From an uncultured Candidatus Poseidoniales archaeon (GTDB taxonomy: Archaea; Thermoplasmatota; Poseidoniia; Poseidoniales; Poseidoniaceae), in assembly GCA_905182635.1 (NCBI GenBank), contig CAJJCM010000026.1, positions 3,568-67,567 of the forward strand: 64,000 nucleotides of DNA, read 5' to 3'. Each line of letters begins with the position of its first letter. Position 1 is the stretch's first letter. The notes under the pieces are model-generated. The model had not been told where the DNA came from and did not search any database. It saw only the letters and a list, made by a program, of their open reading frames with translations. Both the position numbers and the translations under genes were made by a program. This document shows positions 59,583 to 64,000 of the stretch, piece by piece.

Positions 59583-60542
59583 ATGATGCGAAGCATCCCT
59601 GTCATAGACTTCTCGGATTACACCAGCGGTGACCTTCAACGACAACAGACATTCATACAAGCAGTGGGTGACTCCCTCAAGGAAATCGGATTCTTTGCAT
59701 TAAAGAACCATGAGATTCCTTTGAAAGCAATCGAACAAGCATATGAACAAGGGGATGCTTTTTTCTCGCTTCGTCAAGTTACCAAGAACGCCTACCTTCA
59801 ACCTCAAATTGACCATCAACGTGGCTATACCGCTTTTGGAATTGAGCATGCCAAGAACAACCCTGCACCCGATTTGAAGGAGTTTTGGCAAAGTGGGCGT
59901 AGCCATCCAACCACGGGTGAAAAGCCGACCTATGTAGCAAATGTATGGCCTGAGCAAGATGTTCCTGAATTCAAACCAGTCATTGAGGGATTATTTGCAC
60001 GGATGGAAGCAGTATCGCAAAGTCTCTTGCATTCATGCAGCCTTTATCTTGGAAAAGAAGAAAATTGGCTCAGTTCAATGGCAGCAGATGGCAATACCAT
60101 CATGCGAATCATTCACTATCCTCCACTTGGTGAAGAAGTACCTGAAGGTGCAGTCCGTTCAGCAGCCCATGAAGATATCAATTTCATCACCTTACTGGTT
60201 ACTGCGACAGCAGATGGTCTTGAAGTGAAGGACAATGATGGAAGTTGGATTAAGGTCAAAGGCGATGCAAGCCACATCATTGTCGACTCTGGAGATATGC
60301 TACAGAATCTTACCAATGGATTATTCAAATCGACAACGCATCGTGTCGTAAATCCGAGTAACTCGAATGCTCGGCGATTTTCAATGCCGATGTTTGTCCA
60401 TCCACGTAATGATATCGATTTGACACCACGAGAGGAGTTTATTCGGCTCACTGGGGGAGTATCGTTGTTTCAATCGATTACTGCAGGTCAATATCTCCAT
60501 CAGCGTTTGGTCGAAATAGGTCTTACAGAAGACGGTGTGTGA
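59583..60542 (+). CDS. 2-oxoglutarate/Fe(II) dioxygenase, isopenicillin N synthase-like
   Basis: IPVIDF...GFFALKNH (DIOX_N), HED...H triad and RFS 2OG-binding motif. Confidence 0.9.
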   Translation: MMRSIPVIDFSDYTSGDLQRQQTFIQAVGDSLKEIGFFALKNHEIPLKAIEQAYEQGDAFFSLRQVTKNAYLQPQIDHQRGYTAFGIEHAKNNPAPDLKEFWQSGRSHPTTGEKPTYVANVWPEQDVPEFKPVIEGLFARMEAVSQSLLHSCSLYLGKEENWLSSMAADGNTIMRIIHYPPLGEEVPEGAVRSAAHEDINFITLLVTATADGLEVKDNDGSWIKVKGDASHIIVDSGDMLQNLTNGLFKSTTHRVVNPSNSNARRFSMPMFVHPRNDIDLTPREEFIRLTGGVSLFQSITAGQYLHQRLVEIGLTEDGV

Positions 60543-60546
60543 GCCA

Positions 60547-61869
60547 ATGGGTGAAGACCTCATTGAACGCTTATGTGCTTCGATTCAGTTGAAGGAATCA
60601 ATGGTGATGGCGGATTTGACGATGTTCATTGATGGTGTTGCCCAACGCCAATTTCAAGTTGAAGACATTGAAAAATGGCTTCGGTGTGTCCATACCAATG
60701 GTATTTCAGTTGATGATACAACTGCACTCACGCGTGGTATGATGAATTCAGGTGCTGTATTAGAATGGCAGGGACTGACCAATGTTGCAGACAAACACAG
60801 CACTGGAGGAGTTGGTGATAAGATGTCATTGATTCTCGCTCCGGCTCTTGCTGCATGTGGTCTTCGAGTTCCAATGTTAGCAGGTAGAGGATTAGGTCAC
60901 ACTGGAGGCACGATTGACAAGCTCGAATCGATTCCTGGTTTCAATTGCAATCTCACCCCCTACCAGATGCAAGAAGCCGTTGAAAAAGTTGGGTGTTGTA
61001 TCGCAGCCCAAAACGATGCGATTGCGCCTGCTGATGGCTTACTCTATGCGATACGTGATGTCACAAATACCGTCGATAGCATCCCTCTCATTACGGCTTC
61101 TATCATTTCGAAAAAAGCGGCAGAAGGATTGAATGCACTTGTGCTTGATGTCAAATGCGGTCGTGCTGCCTTCATGAAAACTGAGCACGACGCCCTTGCT
61201 TTAGCCGAATCAATGGTCAGTGCAGCCAAGGGCTTAGGAATCAATACGGTTGCTCAAATTACGGATATGAATGAACCGATTGGCACTCATATTGGTAATG
61301 CACTCGAAGTCCTTGGTAGTGTTCACGTGCTTCAGGGAAAGGGCTCCGCTGATACACGAAACTTAGTCGCCCTCCAAGGTGGACAATTACTTGCACTTAC
61401 TGGAATATCTCCATCTCTAGAGCAGGGTATCCAGATGATTTTGGAAGTACTGGATAACGGCGAAGCATTACGTTTCTTTGTCGAGATGTGTGTACAACAA
61501 GGAACAGAGCGAAAGATGGCTGAACTACTTGTAAACGAGCCGGAGCATGTTCTTCCGAAGTCAAAGCATGTGACTTCGGTTGTAGCTGCCGAATCGGGAT
61601 ACGTTCAATCGATCGATGCAATGGCACTGGCCGAAGTGGCAAGAGAACTTGGTGCTGGTCGGTTTTCCATGGAAGATTCAATCAATCATGGGGTTGGCTA
61701 CGTCATTGAAGCCACAAGAAATATGACTCTTTCCAAAAACCAGCCTTGGATTTCGATTCACCATGACCATCCGCTTAGCTCTCAGCACCTCACTCAAATC
61801 GGAGATGCCTTGCAAATTGGAAATGTACCAACGGCAGAGTTTCAACGACTCATCCGCATCATACACTAG
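60547..61869 (+). CDS. deoA: Thymidine/pyrimidine-nucleoside phosphorylase (bacterial type)
   Basis: DKHSTGGVGDK, GRGLGHTGGTIDKLESIPG, SIISKK, LDVKCGRAAFMK, LGAGR. Lacks the N-terminal extension of archaeal AMP phosphorylase. Confidence 0.9.
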   Translation: MGEDLIERLCASIQLKESMVMADLTMFIDGVAQRQFQVEDIEKWLRCVHTNGISVDDTTALTRGMMNSGAVLEWQGLTNVADKHSTGGVGDKMSLILAPALAACGLRVPMLAGRGLGHTGGTIDKLESIPGFNCNLTPYQMQEAVEKVGCCIAAQNDAIAPADGLLYAIRDVTNTVDSIPLITASIISKKAAEGLNALVLDVKCGRAAFMKTEHDALALAESMVSAAKGLGINTVAQITDMNEPIGTHIGNALEVLGSVHVLQGKGSADTRNLVALQGGQLLALTGISPSLEQGIQMILEVLDNGEALRFFVEMCVQQGTERKMAELLVNEPEHVLPKSKHVTSVVAAESGYVQSIDAMALAEVARELGAGRFSMEDSINHGVGYVIEATRNMTLSKNQPWISIHHDHPLSSQHLTQIGDALQIGNVPTAEFQRLIRIIH

Positions 61870-61916
61870 CCGAGTGAATAGAAGTCGTCATAAAGGGGAG
61901 GCTATTCGCCCAAGTT

Positions 61917-61989
61917 GCCGATTTAGCTTAGCTGGTGGAGCGTGGGACTGTTAATCCCAAGGTCGAGGGTTCGAACCCCTCAATCGGCG
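61917..61989 (+). tRNA. tRNA-Asn (GUU)
   Basis: GCCGATT/AATCGGC acceptor stem, TGGGA-CTGTTAA-TCCCA anticodon arm, GGTTCGAACC T arm, G discriminator. Confidence 0.95.
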
Positions 61990-62016
61990 TTTACTCAAGA
62001 ATGTTGTACTGAAGGC

Positions 62017-62024
62017 TTTTTTTT
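62017..62024 (+). terminator. Oligo-T tract, probable archaeal terminator for tRNA-Asn
   Basis: Run of eight T about 28 nt downstream of the tRNA. Confidence 0.45.
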
Positions 62025-62155
62025 AGATTTGAAATCAAACTTTCCGCATGAAAATATTCTCGTGTCAAAACCCGATTTTAGTTCAAGAAGAGGGTAGAAA
62101 TATGCCATCAAAGAGTAGGGATTGAAAGCCAAATGTAGTACTCAGAAGTACCTGA

Positions 62156-63106
62156 TTATTCCCATTCAATTGTGCCTGGTGGTTTGTGTGTAATGTCATA
62201 GACAACACGATTTGCAGCACCCTTGACTGTATTTGTGATACGGGTACTGATTTTCTGTAAGATCGAATGAGGAATCTCTGAATATCGGGCCGACATTCCA
62301 TCGATGGACTGAACCGCACGAACGACAATCGTCTCACCGTAAGCACGCACGTCACCGTGAACACCAACGCTACGGACTGGAAGTAAGGCAGCAAAGTATT
62401 GCCATGGAATTTCCATCTTCCCTTCTGCGGCTGCTAATTCAAATTCTTCTTCAACAATAGCACAAGCTTCTCGGACTACTGCGACACGCTCAGGCGTTAA
62501 GTCACCCAAGGTGCGAACTGCAAGTCCAGGACCAGGGAATGGTTGGCGCTCAGCCACATTGATCTCAAGAGTTCGAGCAAGTTGACGAACTTCATCTTTG
62601 TACAAATCACGAAGAGGTTCGACCACCGTGAGAGTCATGTCCTCTGGTAGTCCACCAACATTGTGATGAGACTTGATGGTATCACGAACGCCGCCACCAG
62701 ATTCAATCCAATCTGGAGCAATCGTTCCTTGAATCAAATATTTAGCACCGCATTTCTTTTGTTCATCTTCAAAAATACGGATGAATAATTCGCCAATCAC
62801 CTTACGCTTTTGTTCAGGCTCTGTAATTCCTTCAAGTGCTTCAAAATAACGGTCTGCCGCTTTGACAGTTACCAAATTCTTGATACCTTGTTCAGCCAAG
62901 AGTGCCTCGATTTCTTCAGTTTCGCCTTTGCGCATAAAACCAGTGTCAACATAGACGCAATGCAAGAGTTCACCAACTGCTTGATTAGCGATCACTGCTG
63001 CTACTGTTGAATCAACACCGCCAGAACAAGCAATGATAGCGATGTCATCAATGGTTGCTTTGAGGGTTACAATTGATTCTTGAATGAATTCATTTGAATC
63101 AAACAT
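62156..63106 (-). CDS. guaAB: GMP synthase subunit B (ATP pyrophosphatase)
   Basis: SGGVDS PP-loop, IKSHHNVGGLP, RQPFPGPGLAVR, KPPGTIEWE; no glutaminase domain. ATG 63106. Confidence 0.95.
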   Translation of the reverse strand: MFDSNEFIQESIVTLKATIDDIAIIACSGGVDSTVAAVIANQAVGELLHCVYVDTGFMRKGETEEIEALLAEQGIKNLVTVKAADRYFEALEGITEPEQKRKVIGELFIRIFEDEQKKCGAKYLIQGTIAPDWIESGGGVRDTIKSHHNVGGLPEDMTLTVVEPLRDLYKDEVRQLARTLEINVAERQPFPGPGLAVRTLGDLTPERVAVVREACAIVEEEFELAAAEGKMEIPWQYFAALLPVRSVGVHGDVRAYGETIVVRAVQSIDGMSARYSEIPHSILQKISTRITNTVKGAANRVVYDITHKPPGTIEWE

Positions 63107-63107
63107 T

Positions 63108-63587
63108 TCACTGGCCCCCGTTGACATCACGGTCTTGGGCTTTTACTCGTTCGATTTGATCGAGTTTATTCTGTTTTAATGCAGCCTCAAAGAGAGGATT
63201 TTTGAGTGCTAGGATTTGGGTTGCTAGGTAGCCAGCATTGTCTCCACGGTCTACACCAACCGTGGCCGCAGGAACTCCCGGTGGAAGTTGAACGATTGAA
63301 AGAAGCGAATCGAATGGGACTTTACCTCCGCATGGGACCCCGATGACCGGCTTGGTCGTTAGCGCAGCAACCGCACCAGGTAGAGCAGCAGCTAATCCGG
63401 CCATAGCAACAAAGACTTGGCAACCATCTGCTTCAGCCTGTTGAACAATATCTTCCATGAATTTTGGGGAACGATGAGCGCTTGCTACCCTTAATTGGTA
63501 ACTGACGTTGAAGAGTTCGAGAATTTTGGTACACTTTTCAGCGACCGGCAAATCGGAGGAAGAGCCCAGCAGTATGGTGACATCCAT
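63108..63587 (-). CDS. purE: N5-CAIR mutase / AIR carboxylase PurE
   Basis: GSSSDL, SAHRSP, AGLAAALPG, PVIGVP, SIVQLPPGVP. Confidence 0.95.
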   Translation of the reverse strand: MDVTILLGSSSDLPVAEKCTKILELFNVSYQLRVASAHRSPKFMEDIVQQAEADGCQVFVAMAGLAAALPGAVAALTTKPVIGVPCGGKVPFDSLLSIVQLPPGVPAATVGVDRGDNAGYLATQILALKNPLFEAALKQNKLDQIERVKAQDRDVNGGQ

Positions 63588-63654
63588 GTTACTACGCCGG
63601 CGCGGGTGGTTCATCAAGATGTCTCTTGATTATGGCGGAATTCACAAGCGAATC

Positions 63655-64000
63655 TCACTCTTCTTGAGTTAATTCGTTGATCTGGAATTCCGGCCAATCA
63701 ACACCAAAATTGAGATTTTTGAACTGTTCACGCGTTTGGCAACCAAATAAATCAAATCTCAAAAAAGTAGATTCACCTTTAACAGCACCATAGATTTGGA
63801 CGTATTGATTTGCATCGAATCGCTTGATAGCCATGCATGTTTGGGAGAATCGCGTAGTTTTAACATCCCAATCGCTCAACGCATCAATTGGCAACTTTTC
63901 CTTGACATCCCAATCCATCTCGAATACATAGCCGGCATCTTTGAAAATGAAATCTAATGCTTTAACGAGAAGATAAATCGATGCAGATGAATACAACAGG
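63655..64000 (-). CDS. Hypothetical protein, 5'-truncated by the window edge
   Basis: Open frame running off the window end; stop at 63655-63657. Confidence 0.55.
   Translation of the reverse strand, partial: LLYSSASIYLLVKALDFIFKDAGYVFEMDWDVKEKLPIDALSDWDVKTTRFSQTCMAIKRFDANQYVQIYGAVKGESTFLRFDLFGCQTREQFKNLNFGVDWPEFQINELTQEE

Noticed and set aside
60547-61869. Archaeal AMP phosphorylase (Rubisco-linked pathway)
   Set aside because: Lacks the N-terminal extension and has the TGGVGDK motif; no Rubisco or R15P isomerase nearby.
48966-61989. Region between two tRNAs as an integrated element
   Set aside because: No integrase and no duplicated tRNA 3' end (att site) seen; gene content is not mobile-like.
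61990-62155. AT-rich spacer after tRNA-Asn with short palindrome GATTTGAAATC
   Set aside because: Consistent with a convergent terminator region; no repeat or ORF support.

Overview
Gene-dense archaeal chromosomal segment. CarS, AglB, the split GMP synthase B subunit, tRNA-Ile2(CAU) and class III signal-peptide pilins make the archaeal origin clear. The many giant acidic surface proteins point to Marine Group II Thermoplasmatota (Poseidoniales), which is an inference. Housekeeping genes (dnaJ, purD, purE, guaAB, carS, two tRNAs) are interleaved with two notable blocks. The first is a ~40 kb cell-surface region: a 1917-aa Ca-binding repeat protein, a ~1800-aa Asp-box protein, a three-gene pilin-like operon, an HTH-STAND-TPR ATPase, a beta-helix protein, a membrane S8 protease and a 3204-aa giant AglB. 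The second is a ~13 kb block that reads as a possible extracellular DNA/nucleoside foraging system: an HD dNTPase, a multi-OB-fold surface protein, a TctA-like permease, a six-lamin-tail PLD enzyme, a BI-1 protein, a 2OG-Fe(II) dioxygenase and a bacterial-type thymidine phosphorylase. No rRNA, CRISPR array, integrase or transposase was seen. All functional calls come from motif recognition by eye, not from database searches.
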